A DNA stretch of 62,039 bases, filler included. It is 8 parts of 8 records of this genome, joined end to end, with 100 filler letters (N's around TTAATTAATTAA, not from the genome) between each part and the next. Parts side by side here need not be neighbours in the genome. Positions count along the whole stretch, not along the records: positions 21,234 to 30,372 come from SRR15195285_315; positions 30,473 to 34,169 come from SRR15195285_320; positions 34,270 to 38,376 come from SRR15195285_321; positions 38,477 to 43,492 come from SRR15195285_326; 4 more parts are not named here. One strand, written 5' to 3'. This document shows, piece after piece, positions 27,712-39,091 of this stretch. The notes beneath the pieces were generated by a model. That model ran no database searches and had not been told where the DNA came from. It was given only the letters and a program-made list of their open reading frames with translations. Each line of letters begins with the position of its first letter. Position 1 is the stretch's first letter. The position numbers were made by a program, and so were the translations under genes.

Positions 27712-30312
27712 TTATGTGAGCCGCCACAACCCCACCAAGGACTGTTTCTGCGACGTCTCCCCGCCGGTACATTCCGAGTTCCCAACACCACCGAAGACGA
27801 AGCCATCCGCAACTAATGCTCCATCCCGCGGCCCGGGCCATGTCAAAGCGTGGCTGTCGTTTGCGCTGTTCTTAGACCCTAGGCCACGGTCGACCATCTG
27901 TTGGCCGTGAGCCACTGGTGGTGTCTCGATTCCACCTGCACCCACGCGCTCCCACTGGTGTAGCTGAGTGGAGAAAACCCAAAGCTCATTCCGACCTGCC
28001 TGCGATGTGTCGCTCTTCAAGAGGTCCATCCCTGGTGCCCACAACCAAAGCTGCTGTGCACGAACCCAACCGTCTCCAACTCCTGGCGGCGGCCAACTGT
28101 TCGCACCGGGAAAGCTCAGCTGGGGCGGCAAGATCTGAGTGAAAATGGGACGATCTTTGTCACCGTTGAAACTCCATAAGTCCTGCAGCAATGGATGTGG
28201 CACTGCCGAACCACTGCTTGATTTAGACAGCGTGTCTGTGCCGACGCCACCATAAATGAATGCCACGTCACTATCGGTACCCGCTCTGCCCCATGCGGTA
28301 GCAGCATAGCGTGCCGCTGGTGCTGTGGAGGGCATGCCCACCTGTGTCCAGGTGCCAAGGTTATGTGGGTCAGTGTACTCGTAGCACCAAAGCTCTGCCG
28401 TCGGCCCCTCTGTGCCTGCAGCCGACCCAGCCAGATTTTCATCTTGGATGAGCCCACCAAACATCCAGAGCTCCCCACCACCGGGGTGCTGCCCCAAATT
28501 GTTGCTCGTGGAGTAGTTGGCTAGAGAACTCCATGCTGCTCGTCCAGATAGCCACTCTGGCCACGAACCCTGTGCAATGTTTTGCTGCGTTTGGTCATCA
28601 TCGGCAAAGCCACCGAGTGGAAACCACATTCGGTGTATATCGAAGTACCAAAGGTCCTGAAGCTTCGTCGGCACGCAAGGGATGCTGCCGACACCACCCC
28701 CGAAAGGTTCACTGGCGCAGCCGACACCCCCAGATATAAAGACGCCAGATCCACCCATCGGTCGCTCGCTCCACTGTACAGCGTCATTGCGCGAACCTGG
28801 CACGAATTTGCCCCTGTCCACATCAAACTGAAACATCTCTTTGACTTGAATATCTTTGTTTGTGATGAAATTGGTCCATTGGTTTGAAGTCACGTTGTAC
28901 GAATATAGACCACCTGTGCAGATGTCTCCATAACCGTTTTCGTTGCCTTCACCTCCACACGTTTTTTGCCGGGCAACTCCTTCGATAGGACACGCTCCGA
29001 TTGTAAACACGTTGCCCTGATCATCATTGCCCTGTTTCAGCTCACCAATCAAAGTATCCGAATTTCTCTGTGACGCTGGACCCTGGGCAGCCGGGTCTGG
29101 ACATTGCAAGCCTGACGCAAAGAGGTATAGGAGCAGCGTGGAGTTGTCGCTCATCCACATAACCGCGGGAGAGGACCGACGAGCATTGTTATGATCGGGC
29201 AGCTGTTGCCGCCACTGTGGCCAGGTCGTTGTATGCTTGCACGCAGACCAGTCGCCATAGTCGAAGTTGTTCCAGATCTTCGATGTGCAATCCTGGTCCC
29301 AAGAACAGAAGCGATTTTCCCCGTTCGAGCATTGGATTTCATTCCCGTTTCCTGAACAATGGCAGGTCGTGTGGTTTTCGGTACCGTCACCACCGAGGGT
29401 AGTACCTAACGCAGTGGTGCCTGTGCAAAGTTCGTCATAAGCAGTTCTGTGTTCCCAGAACATGCACTGGCCTCCTGTAAAGCAGCCGTCACACCGACAG
29501 ATACGGCCAACTAAGACCCCGTGACGGGTGACGCACGGATCTTGGATGGACTCGACATCACATGAAAACATGGCCGTCGGATCGGATTTACATAAGTCGT
29601 TTTGCGTCCATTTTGGCATCACGCTGTTGGGCTCTGGTACGCAGTGCCAATCAACTGGCTTGGGCACAACCCGAGGAAACATGCTCGGCTGCTGACTCGC
29701 CATGTGACCAGCAGAGAAGACGATGAAAACCAATGCGACAGCAGCTCCAGAAAAGCCTGCCATAGTCGCTATCTTTCCCCGGCGTGGCTGAGCTGGTTTC
29801 GAGCCGAGGCTGGCAGCAGTCTTTTGACTTTTCAATGGTGAGCTGGCGGCAGCAGCACTGTCCTCTGACAATGTCTGGTGCCACTCTCCTTCCAGGCTTC
29901 GCTTCGATGGCTGGGTGGTAGCCACCAAGCCGATACTACTTTCGAGACTAGACATACTCTGGCCTTCATAGGCAGTCCACATCTCACCCTGGTTGCTGAA
30001 AGCCGCGCCGTTCGCGCATTCTGTGTCGCTATCCGATTGGCTGTGACCTGAGGAATACTCGCTGCCTGTGTCTTGTATTGACCAGGGCAACAAGCCGATT
30101 GGAACACTGTCCTGACTGCCATTGTCACTACTACTAAAGTGTGTATCGTCAGTAGAACGGCCGATACTGCCAGAATTACTGGTACCGAGAAGGTCCACGC
30201 TGTCCCACGGTTCAGGATCGCTTCCAGAAGCGGTCCACGATCCGAGATCACTGTCAGCAGCGTACTCGCCCCAAGTGGAGTCACTTGCCCAGCCAAGCGC
30301 CCATTGCTCCAT
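27712..30312 (-). CDS. Single-pass membrane protein with a Ser-rich N-terminus, a Cys-rich segment and Kelch-like beta-propeller repeats
   Basis: 866-aa ORF with a TM-like FSGAAVALVFIVFSAG, CRCDGCFTGGQC, and Kelch-like LWMFGG, ARYAATAW, FIYGG, DLWSFN and NELWVFS. Confidence 0.65.
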   Translation of the reverse strand: MEQWALGWASDSTWGEYAADSDLGSWTASGSDPEPWDSVDLLGTSNSGSIGRSTDDTHFSSSDNGSQDSVPIGLLPWSIQDTGSEYSSGHSQSDSDTECANGAAFSNQGEMWTAYEGQSMSSLESSIGLVATTQPSKRSLEGEWHQTLSEDSAAAASSPLKSQKTAASLGSKPAQPRRGKIATMAGFSGAAVALVFIVFSAGHMASQQPSMFPRVVPKPVDWHCVPEPNSVMPKWTQNDLCKSDPTAMFSCDVESIQDPCVTRHGVLVGRICRCDGCFTGGQCMFWEHRTAYDELCTGTTALGTTLGGDGTENHTTCHCSGNGNEIQCSNGENRFCSWDQDCTSKIWNNFDYGDWSACKHTTTWPQWRQQLPDHNNARRSSPAVMWMSDNSTLLLYLFASGLQCPDPAAQGPASQRNSDTLIGELKQGNDDQGNVFTIGACPIEGVARQKTCGGEGNENGYGDICTGGLYSYNVTSNQWTNFITNKDIQVKEMFQFDVDRGKFVPGSRNDAVQWSERPMGGSGVFISGGVGCASEPFGGGVGSIPCVPTKLQDLWYFDIHRMWFPLGGFADDDQTQQNIAQGSWPEWLSGRAAWSSLANYSTSNNLGQHPGGGELWMFGGLIQDENLAGSAAGTEGPTAELWCYEYTDPHNLGTWTQVGMPSTAPAARYAATAWGRAGTDSDVAFIYGGVGTDTLSKSSSGSAVPHPLLQDLWSFNGDKDRPIFTQILPPQLSFPGANSWPPPGVGDGWVRAQQLWLWAPGMDLLKSDTSQAGRNELWVFSTQLHQWERVGAGGIETPPVAHGQQMVDRGLGSKNSANDSHALTWPGPRDGALVADGFVFGGVGNSECTGGETSQKQSLVGLWRLT

Positions 30313-30352
30313 TAGTGGATCACTCGCGAGGTTTACCTCTGGAGTACTGCTG

Positions 30353-30372
30353 CTGCTGCTGCTGCTGCTGCT
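30353..30372. repeat. (CTG)n microsatellite at contig end; similar CAG/CTG tracts at 34270, 43455-43492 and 43593
   Basis: Directly visible trinucleotide runs next to the linkers. Confidence 0.9.
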
Positions 30373-30472
30373 NNNNNNNNNNNNNNNNNNNNNNNNNNNN
30401 NNNNNNNNNNNNNNNNTTAATTAATTAANNNNNNNNNNNNNNNNNNNNNNNNNNNNNNNNNNNNNNNNNNNN
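30373..30472. other. Artificial contig linker
   Basis: N run with TTAATTAATTAA. Confidence 0.98.
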
Positions 30473-30788
30473 GCTCTCGCCACCCTCAGGCAGCTCACTA
30501 GGTATGACCTATTGACGTGAGTGGCTTGGCTAACTAAGCCCTACATCGTGCGGGAGAATTCGATCGTGCCCATCGTGCCCATCCTGGACGCGCGCCGCGC
30601 GGGACGCGCCCGGAATGCATGGCCGCGCGCGCGGGGGCCATGGCGGGGGCACGCGTTCGTATCTAGGATACACATGCAAAATCATGCAATTTGAGGACCC
30701 GTCGCCGGCAGGTCCGTCGTCGCGGCGCGCGCGCGTAGCAGTAGGTCACGGCAGCGCTGCACCCGTGCACCGACATACTAGTAAGTGA

Positions 30789-33700
30789 ATGTCGGCGGCA
30801 GCTGTCACGGCGGCCCTGCTCAGCGCCGCCCTGGTGGCGATGGAATTCTCAGCCGCCACGTCGCACGGCGGGTCGCCCGCGTGCACCGCACACAATTTTT
30901 CAGTTGCCAATCTGTCTGGAATGCAGATGTATGTACCTGCTGCGTTAACTCCGCCGAGGACGTCTTTGCTTGAGGATTGTTGCTTTGCTCTCGACTGTGC
31001 TGTTTTGATCGAACTTTCCTTCGTGCGAGCAGGTACGGCGAGGACAATATGTTGAAGACAGCCACATCCGATGCGTGCATGCAGGCATGCTGTGCCGCAG
31101 CCCCACACTGCACGGCATGGAACTACCACGTATCGTCCACCGATCCGACGCACCACCCGCGCGAGTGCTGGCTAAGCAATAGCTCGAGTCCAGCAGTGCA
31201 GACAGGCGAACGCTCCGATGTATGGGTTGGTGGATCCAAAGTGCACGTCACGCATAAGCAATCCGGAGCTGGGACTGGTGGAGGCGCAGCCATCCAGCCA
31301 TTGTCCAAGTGGTACTACTTTGGCGCCGCTGGCAACCTGCAGGGCACGCTCAACCGCGAACTTACTGACCAGAGCGTCAGCCTGCTGCACAGTCGTGCTA
31401 GCTCAGTCAACGGCCTGGGTAGTGACAAGCAGAAGTGGCTGTCGCGCCAGGAGAAGGTGTTTGAAGCCTTTGGTGGCACTGGCACAGGGCCATTCGCGCC
31501 ACTGCCGACGGCGAATCGTTCTCCACCGAAGTACAACGTCACAAAGACGCTTCGGCGTCCTGGTTATACTTGTGAGCTCGTCTTGTACGAGACTCGCCCT
31601 GGTTTTTACGCTTCTGGGGCGATTTGGACGCCGACAAAGCTCAAGGCGCAGAACGGTGGCAAGGCGCCTGGTGTGCTGATGGTGAGCGGCCACACTAGCG
31701 ATGGATTCCGCTCGAACAATCTGGGCGGCCCACCTAGCACGAACGACCCCCCGGACGACGACTATCAGGTAGTGGAGATCAATCTTGTCGCCAGAGGTTT
31801 CGTAGTGCTTGCGTTCGACCCGATCGGTCAAGGAGAAAGGATGCAATATGCAGATATCAAGGCAGGACGGCCTGATCCCGCGGCTCCGTGGGGTAAGGAA
31901 GCCCCAGGCGCCTTCCTCTGGGGTAGTACGAGCGACCATGAGTATATCGGGCGCCAACTTTTGCTCAATGGCGTGGGACTCATGTCCTTCTGGCTGCACG
32001 ATGAGATGATCTCTCTAGATCTGCTGGAGTCACTGCCACAGGTAGACTCTCACAATCTCGGAGTCGTTGGATGTTCTGGGGGTGGTACGCAGAGCTCCTA
32101 TCTTGGTGCAATGGACTCACGGGTTAAAGCTGCAAGCATGGCTTGTTACATATCCACCAAAGAGATCGATATGCTCTGGAACGCGGGTGGTGGCGGCGAT
32201 GGGGAGCAGACATGGCCTCACGGGATCTTTAACGGCCTCGACAAGCCCGACCTGATCGAAGTTCGGGGAAACCAGTCTACACAAGTGCTTATAACCTCGG
32301 CAGACACCTGCTTTCCAGCAGCTGGTGGGATTGCAGCAGTCACAGAAGCACAGCCAGCCTATGACGCCCTAGGTGGCGAGTTGCATGTGTATGAAGCTGT
32401 GTGGCATCATGGGTGGGTGCTTCCAACGCGCGAACAGATCAACTCTTTTTTTTGTAAGGCGCTCGCACCAGGATTTGTAGGAGGTTGGAACCCCGTTGGG
32501 TGTACCAACAGCACAGAAATCGACGTGAGCGCAGAGAATCCGAGCTTTCTGGAGTGGAGCGATGAGGAGCTAAAGGTCACAAGTACTGGGCAGATCAACA
32601 CCGCCCCGGAGTGTATCGCCCCAGGCGCTCGCATCTCAAAAACTGTCCACAACTTCAGTGCCGCCCTCACAGATGCCCACGTGCTGGCACTTATACAGCA
32701 ACGGAAGCAGCCCACAAGCTTTCTACCTAAGGTGATTGCGAAGGCGCCAGTGCTTTCTGGCTTCGTCTCTTTCGACGGTGTGTTCACACCTGGAAATCCC
32801 CGCTTCCTGGGTGCGCAATTCAACCCTTGCCTTGATCTTTATCTAGCGTCGCTGCTTGAGAAGCTTTTTGGGTGCGCAACATTTATCAGGTGCACAGTTC
32901 GTGGTTCCTCGTCCGCCTGGGTGCATACCTGGGCGATTTATTCCTGGATGCCCAAACCCTCCTAATGCTACCGGCGCGTCCATCTCTGGAGTAGATTGGT
33001 CCAAGAGCGGACATGAGCTTGCTGGCGATCCAATCGGTTTGGTAGAGCAGCACCAAGTGCTCACAGAAGGCCAGTGCTTCGCGCTCGTCACGATTTACTT
33101 CCCTGCTCATGTCCAGGACATGACAACGCCGCGCGAGAAGATGCCGCTCGTTGTTTGGTATTCTGCGACTGTCGCTTCTGCATCAGCACCTCCAGATGCA
33201 GCAAATCAGTTGGCCGGCTCCGGCCACGCAGTTGCACTCGTCGAGCTCTGTGGGTTCGGAACAACCGGTCCTAGGCCCTCCAGCAGCGGTCTCGCAGCTT
33301 CGTCCTACGCCCCAGAAGATCTGGCACACGAAATCGGTCGCTCAGTGCCAGGATTCCATGCAGGCGAGATTGATCGTGTCCATGTCTTCCTTTCTAACCG
33401 TCGGGACGTGCAGTCAATTGTCCTTGCGGTGGCGGAGGACCACACCGACACTGCTCTGCTGCATGCCTTGCTCAGCTCCTCTGACGGACAAACAGCTGCG
33501 CCACATTCGCCAAAGAACGTCGCCATTGTGAGTGGACAAGCATCGCTCGCGGCGGCAGCAAAGGCACGATTGTATAGCCCAGACAACTACTATAGCTGGA
33601 TATTTGGAATGCTGGCATTCTATGACAAAACTGACGTAGTGGCAGCATTGCTTTCCCTCAAAGACCAGCTCAATGTGCTGCTGCTTGGTCCACTTGACGA

Positions 33701-33851
33701 GCTGTTGCGTCCACTCAGCAGTACGGCGGCCGGCGAGGCCTACCAGTTTGCAAGCGATGTGGGAGGGGCGAGGCTCACTATCGAAGCAAATGTGTCATCG
33801 GCGAATGTCTTGCCAGGCATCCTCAATTGGTTGAAGAAAATCAATGAGTGA
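30789..33851 (+). CDS. Secreted alpha/beta-hydrolase (acetyl xylan esterase-like) with an N-terminal PAN/apple-like domain; exons 30789-30928, 31033-32810, 32890-33851
   Basis: Signal-like N-terminus, CMQACC..CTAWNY..ECWL, YETRPG, LAFDPIGQGER, nucleophile GCSGGG and DGEQ. Introns 30929-31032 (GTATGT..GCAG) and 32811-32889 (GTGCGC..TCAG) join three ORFs in frame. Confidence 0.8.
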
Positions 33852-34169
33852 CTGCGCCGTGCAGTAGCGAATGGTGAATGGTGAATAGTCTGTTTGAGTG
33901 TTCCCCCACGTGTGTGGTTGCACAACATTGGTGGCAGAATATCTTTGGGTCAGGTAATAATAGGTGATTTTGGCATTTTTTCGAGTTTCGGAGTATCATA
34001 CATCGATCGAAACATCTCGATGAGGCGGTTAGATGCAATAGCTATCATGGTATGAAAGTCAGTTGAAGCTTCAGTAACATTCATTACCCTCCGTCAGTAC
34101 AGCCTCAGACAATGCCAGCACCAGTACAGTATGCCACTCATGTAAATAGTCAAAGGCGCCTTTGACTAT

Positions 34170-34269
34170 NNNNNNNNNNNNNNNNNNNNNNNNNNNNNNN
34201 NNNNNNNNNNNNNTTAATTAATTAANNNNNNNNNNNNNNNNNNNNNNNNNNNNNNNNNNNNNNNNNNNN
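34170..34269. other. Artificial contig linker
   Basis: N run with TTAATTAATTAA. Confidence 0.98.
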
Positions 34270-34516
34270 GCTGCTGCTGCTGCTGCTGCTGCTGCCTCGC
34301 AGCTGCTGATACGGCCAGCGAGAGTGGGCGCAGCGCTTGACCATGCGTCCGCACGCACAGTGGGCATCATTCAATCAGCATTGGTGCCTCGTTGACGGTG
34401 CCTTGTGGTCCCACATGGGAACTGAATCACGGCAGCCGAGTGGAAGCCCAACAACGGACTTTCGGTGGGTGGTGGCAAGCTTTCGACAGACTGTGGGATG
34501 CGCTAGCACCAGTAGA

Positions 34517-35485
34517 TCAACAATCAGCAGCACCTCCAGGCAGCGCACGTGTGCGGAACGACACGACATGTGACCTGCAGTATATATACGGTACTCGTAC
34601 GTCAGCTTGAAGCACAGTCGAGACGCAGCACGAAGAGACGAGGGGAACACAAGTGACGCACATTCGAAAAATGTCCACGGCAGTTGTCCCTCGCAAGGGC
34701 TCGAGCTTACTCCAATTTTCTCTCACGTTCTGGTGCCAAGCAATCGCGGTCTGCCTGAGCTGCTCCGCTTCGTCCGTTCCCAGGCCCTCGAGGAGCAACT
34801 TGCCCGGTGGAGCCTCTAGTGCTGAGTTGACATGCTGCTGCCAGCGCAGCAGCGCATCAGCCTGCTCGGACGATGCCAGAGTTGAATTGGGACGCAGCTG
34901 TAGGAGCTCCAGCTTCGCATCCACGAGCTTGAGCATGTCGTGCTGCTCTTCTAACTGAAGCGTCACACGGAAGTCGAGGGACGCTACGTCGGAAGGTTTG
35001 CCCTGTGTCTTGGTGTGGCTGAGACGGACGCGCCCCTTGTGGCTCACGTCGATGTCCACTTTCCACGTAGCAGCAACGTCAGCCAGCATGCAGTTCGTCA
35101 GCGCCAACAGCCCCGTCCGCGTGAAAAGAAAAGTGACGGCTTGCAGAATCACTGTCTGCGAGAGGCCCTTGAGAACTGTCATTGTCCGAGTTGGTGTGCC
35201 AATAGCTACGATCACCGACTCGAAGGCCCCCATCAAATCCACCTGCCCACCTACTGCAGCACGTGCAATCGATTGCTGTGCTGCGGCCCATTCCTCAACC
35301 AGCGAGACAATAGCGCTCCCGCCGTCAGGTTCAACGTTCATGGCTGTGGTGATGAGCAACCGGCGCAGATCCTCGAGCTTGCGCAGCCACAGCTCGTCCT
35401 GAGCCACCTCTGCCTGAGTCTGGCCCAGTGCGCCCGCGGGCCTCACCTCACCATCGCCAACTGGCACGGAGCAGCAGACGCCCAT
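34517..35485 (-). CDS. Hypothetical protein with an N-terminal MGxCCS acylation-like motif; 3' end probably spliced or incomplete
   Basis: 322-aa ORF starting MGVCCS. A GTGCGT donor-like site lies near 34660. Confidence 0.55.
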   Translation of the reverse strand: MGVCCSVPVGDGEVRPAGALGQTQAEVAQDELWLRKLEDLRRLLITTAMNVEPDGGSAIVSLVEEWAAAQQSIARAAVGGQVDLMGAFESVIVAIGTPTRTMTVLKGLSQTVILQAVTFLFTRTGLLALTNCMLADVAATWKVDIDVSHKGRVRLSHTKTQGKPSDVASLDFRVTLQLEEQHDMLKLVDAKLELLQLRPNSTLASSEQADALLRWQQHVNSALEAPPGKLLLEGLGTDEAEQLRQTAIAWHQNVRENWSKLEPLRGTTAVDIFRMCVTCVPLVSSCCVSTVLQADVRVPYIYCRSHVVSFRTRALPGGAADC

Positions 35486-36222
35486 CGCGTAAAGGGCACA
35501 GCGCTGGTGTGCACCAGAACGGACTGTCCCTTCGGCAGCTCTGCAGCTGCTCTCTGCCCTGTCGCTCCAGCTGCCGCTGCCCTGGGACTGCTGCGTGCCA
35601 CTGCTGCAGTGCCGGAGCTACCGACGCGCGAGCCCCGCGCGCGCCTCGACCCCGGCGCCCCGCCGCCGGGCGGAGTGACGCGCACGCACGCGCGCCGCCG
35701 CGCGGACGCACGCATGCAATACGCAATATGGAAATAGGTAATTCTAATGCCGCCCTGGTACGTGTACCGGTACCTGTAGAGATCGTACGCGCAGCATTAG
35801 GCGCACAATCGGTTACTGGTATGCTCCCGAGCGAAAGCGGTAGACGTGCACGTAAAAATGCCGCTACATGGCACGTAACGCGCTTGGCGGACGTAACGGC
35901 TGGTCGCTAGTGGCGTTAAAACTGCGCTAAAAACAGGATAGTTGGGAGGGAGGGACGGCTGTCCCAAAACCCCCCCTTTTACAAATGTCAGTTCTACTAC
36001 CGCACCCAGATGGCGCAAAACAACGCCACATAGCGTCCACGCCTCGCTCGCGCGCGTCGTGAACTGATGAAAGCGGGATTTGCCATAGAGTTTGATCGGC
36101 GGTCAGGACCGGAAGGGCGAGTCTCGCTCACCGTTGAACAGTTATCAGCCTTTGGTGCACGGTTGGGAGACGTCACAGGCGTCACGGTGTGCTATCTCTC
36201 GTCGCATGACTGCGTTTGGCGG

Positions 36223-38165
36223 TCATAAAAACCGCAGGAAGCAAAACGTGAGTAATCGCACTCGCCAGCATCGTTGTCTTTCTGACGCAGCAATTGGGCC
36301 CTCTGTGTGTCTTAGTATCAGCTCTTGCTCGTCCCGCAGCCGTAATCGCAGACTGTCATTGTCTGTCACCTGCAACGCGCCACAATATGAGATAGTTAGG
36401 ATCATGTCTACACGCGTGGACGAAAGAGAAACACTCCACAATCAGCAGTATTGTGGCGCACCAGCCAAAATTGTGCCTCCAGATCCCTTGCCATTGAACG
36501 TCTCCCAAAGTTTGAGCTCCCGACTACGGTCAGACCTGGTCCTGCAGGACTTTTCGTGTTTACACGGCCGCGCACTTCGGCTCCAGTAGAATCCTGGGAC
36601 GATTTGCTGCTTTCGAGTACGTCCACGCCTGCTGCCGCAACTGCAGCTGGTTCAGTGTACCACAGCGCCTTGCAGTGAAACGACCAGTGGTTGCCATTAA
36701 CCAGCCTCCGGTGAAGCCGTACCTCTGTCCTGCGTCCGTTGGCACCACGCATACCCTCCAGGTACCGTTGCAATCTTGAGCGAAGTAATGCATATCCTTG
36801 CGGGATATATGCAGAAAGGCCGGTCGCGCCAGAGAAACCGTGTGACTCATCCGACGCCAGTACAAGGGTGACATCCGCGCTGCAGCCCGGGGCAGCAAGC
36901 GCCTCAGCCAGTGGCGAGTACTTGAACTGCGAGGATGTTAGATTGAGGTACGCCGAGCTAAGCACAATCGAACCGCTTGCGGCGTGGCTGTCCTTGCTGC
37001 TGTCGCCCCCGAGCTGGCTAATGATCTGTGATAGCAGCGGCTCGTCTTGTGCGATGCGGTGAGTCGCAAACTGCAATGCTGGGACTACCCACGTGCACAA
37101 CTCATCATCGCCACTCTCTCGAGATTCTACCGAGGCCCACGCCTTCTCCAAACTACGTTGCCGCTGCTCTGCCAAAAAGGCTCGCAAGTGGCGCTCTGTT
37201 GCCGTGCCAAACGCGCTTCCAGCTGCTACTGGATCGTAGCCTATCGCAGGCTGTACTAACTCATAATTAGCATATCGTTGAGCTCCAACCTCAGGGCTGT
37301 GGTCATGCCGTGTTTGCACGGCGTAGCATGCAGCCGGAAGGCCGCGTTCTGACGCAAAGAGCTCATGGACGTAGTCTGCGAGCGGCACACACTCAGTGAA
37401 GACTACGTAACGATCGTCCCGGTCCGTGAAGTAGGTATCCGACAAGTTCGCGCCAGAGAGGATAACTGTGTCGTCAAAGAGGTAAACTTTGCAGTGCTGC
37501 AAAGAAATCCCTTCATTCCACCGAGGCGGCAGCACGCGGTTGCCAATTTTTCCAAGCATATGAGTGTGGTAGAGGAACACATTCAGCCCATGAGCCGGGG
37601 TTTCGCCTTCTGCAACTTCCTTGTCGGTCGAAATATGTCGCCCACATCTTTCGATGATCCGGTCTAGACTGCTCACGCCAGATCCCTGCTCGACGCGCTG
37701 CGTACGCAATGCGTCCACAAGCAGCGTGGCCTGCAAAGATGGGACGCGATCGCAAGCTGCTGTGACGGCGTCCAGCAGCGCTTGCTCCTTCTCGCCGGTG
37801 CCGATGTACAGGCTAGCCAGCAGTAGACGGCGCTGTGCTCCCGCCGCCGCTTCCTGCAGCCGTTCGTAAAACTCCGTTGGCCCTCCCAGGGTGGTGACGC
37901 ACGCCGGATCGATGGGGAGTGCGCAGAGCTCGCGAGTGTCGTCCTCGAGCGCTGCGCGCAGCGCGGCCGGGGCAGCGGATGGCAGCACAGGCCAGCTGCG
38001 ATGAGTCGCGCTGCTGGGCGCAGCAGAGCACTGATCGCGCCGCTGCAGTCGTCGTATGGCGCCCACTGCGCGTGCTGCCCTTAAGGCCCGCATCCCATAT
38101 GTGCAGCAGCGCGGCACTGCTGCTGGCAGCACAGCCTGCTGGATCTGGCAGCGCGCCGGCATCAT
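36223..38165 (-). CDS. PGS1: Phosphatidylglycerophosphate synthase (PLD superfamily); intron 36370-36461
   Basis: LASLYIG, QHCKVYLFDDTVILSGANLSDTYF, SFHCKALW and GSSNFGRRSMARDLEAQ. A 92-nt GTGCGC..CTAAC..GCAG intron adds the final exon VTDNDSLR..EQ. Confidence 0.9.
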
Positions 38166-38376
38166 CGCGCTGGGCGCCGCGCGAGGGCGGCGCACAGATG
38201 ATGAGGACAGCAGTGGACAGGTTCGGTTGCTACGCCTAGATCTACTACAAGGTAGTTAGTAGGCTCCAGATCGGACAAAAGGGAATAAATGCGATTTTAG
38301 CCACAACAAAAACTAGGCCCTGGGGTGGCTAGCATGGCAAGAGGGCGCCTCACTGAGGCCATAGCCGTCGCCACAA

Positions 38377-38476
38377 NNNNNNNNNNNNNNNNNNNNNNNN
38401 NNNNNNNNNNNNNNNNNNNNTTAATTAATTAANNNNNNNNNNNNNNNNNNNNNNNNNNNNNNNNNNNNNNNNNNNN
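38377..38476. other. Artificial contig linker
   Basis: N run with TTAATTAATTAA. Confidence 0.98.
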
Positions 38477-39091
38477 GTTCATTGAAAAAACAAACTCAGA
38501 ATGACTCGATCCGGTATCTCTAGAGCGGATACCAAGCGAATCCAACCCAAGTTGTAAATGTAATTAAAAATGCATGTAATTGTAAAGTGGCTGGAGAAGG
38601 TCTTCGAGAGTCAGTCAATTCAGACCTTCTCCTCTTGGCGTTCTTTTTGACCCGCGAATGTCAATGTACAGTATTGGAATACCGTAGGATCCCTACCGCA
38701 TGTTTGAATGTTCGTGACTTGTGCGGCAGGGCGTCATGTACTATTCATAGTACTGTACATGAGCCGATGAGGTCATGCGGAGCGGAAAGCCACAGCCGAT
38801 GACAGCGAGCGAGCGATCCGCACCCGGCCGCGCACCCCGGACCCCACCGTCGTAGGATCCTACTACAATTGTACATGTACGGGAATAGTACCCCGGGCGG
38901 AGAGCGGAGTTGGTGCAGGTCAAGGTAGCCTCTTGATCAGCCTGAGCCCCATTGAAAAGAACCACACTCTGAGGCGCGCTAGCTAGATCTAGTACGGCGT
39001 GCGTCACAGCTGTACACGGAGGGGCAGTGTACACAGTACTAGTAGGGACCTGGGGTGGCCGAGCCCGTACTAGATCGAGCAGACGCCATCG

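Noticed and set aside
34146-34169. Perfect 24-bp palindrome ATAGTCAAAGGCGCCTTTGACTAT
   Set aside because: It ends exactly at a contig edge, so it more likely reflects or caused an assembly break. No function can be supported.
35910-36029. Possible MITE bounded by GTGGCGTT / AACGCCAC
   Set aside because: Only 8-bp inverted ends, no clear target-site duplication, and a single copy in the window.
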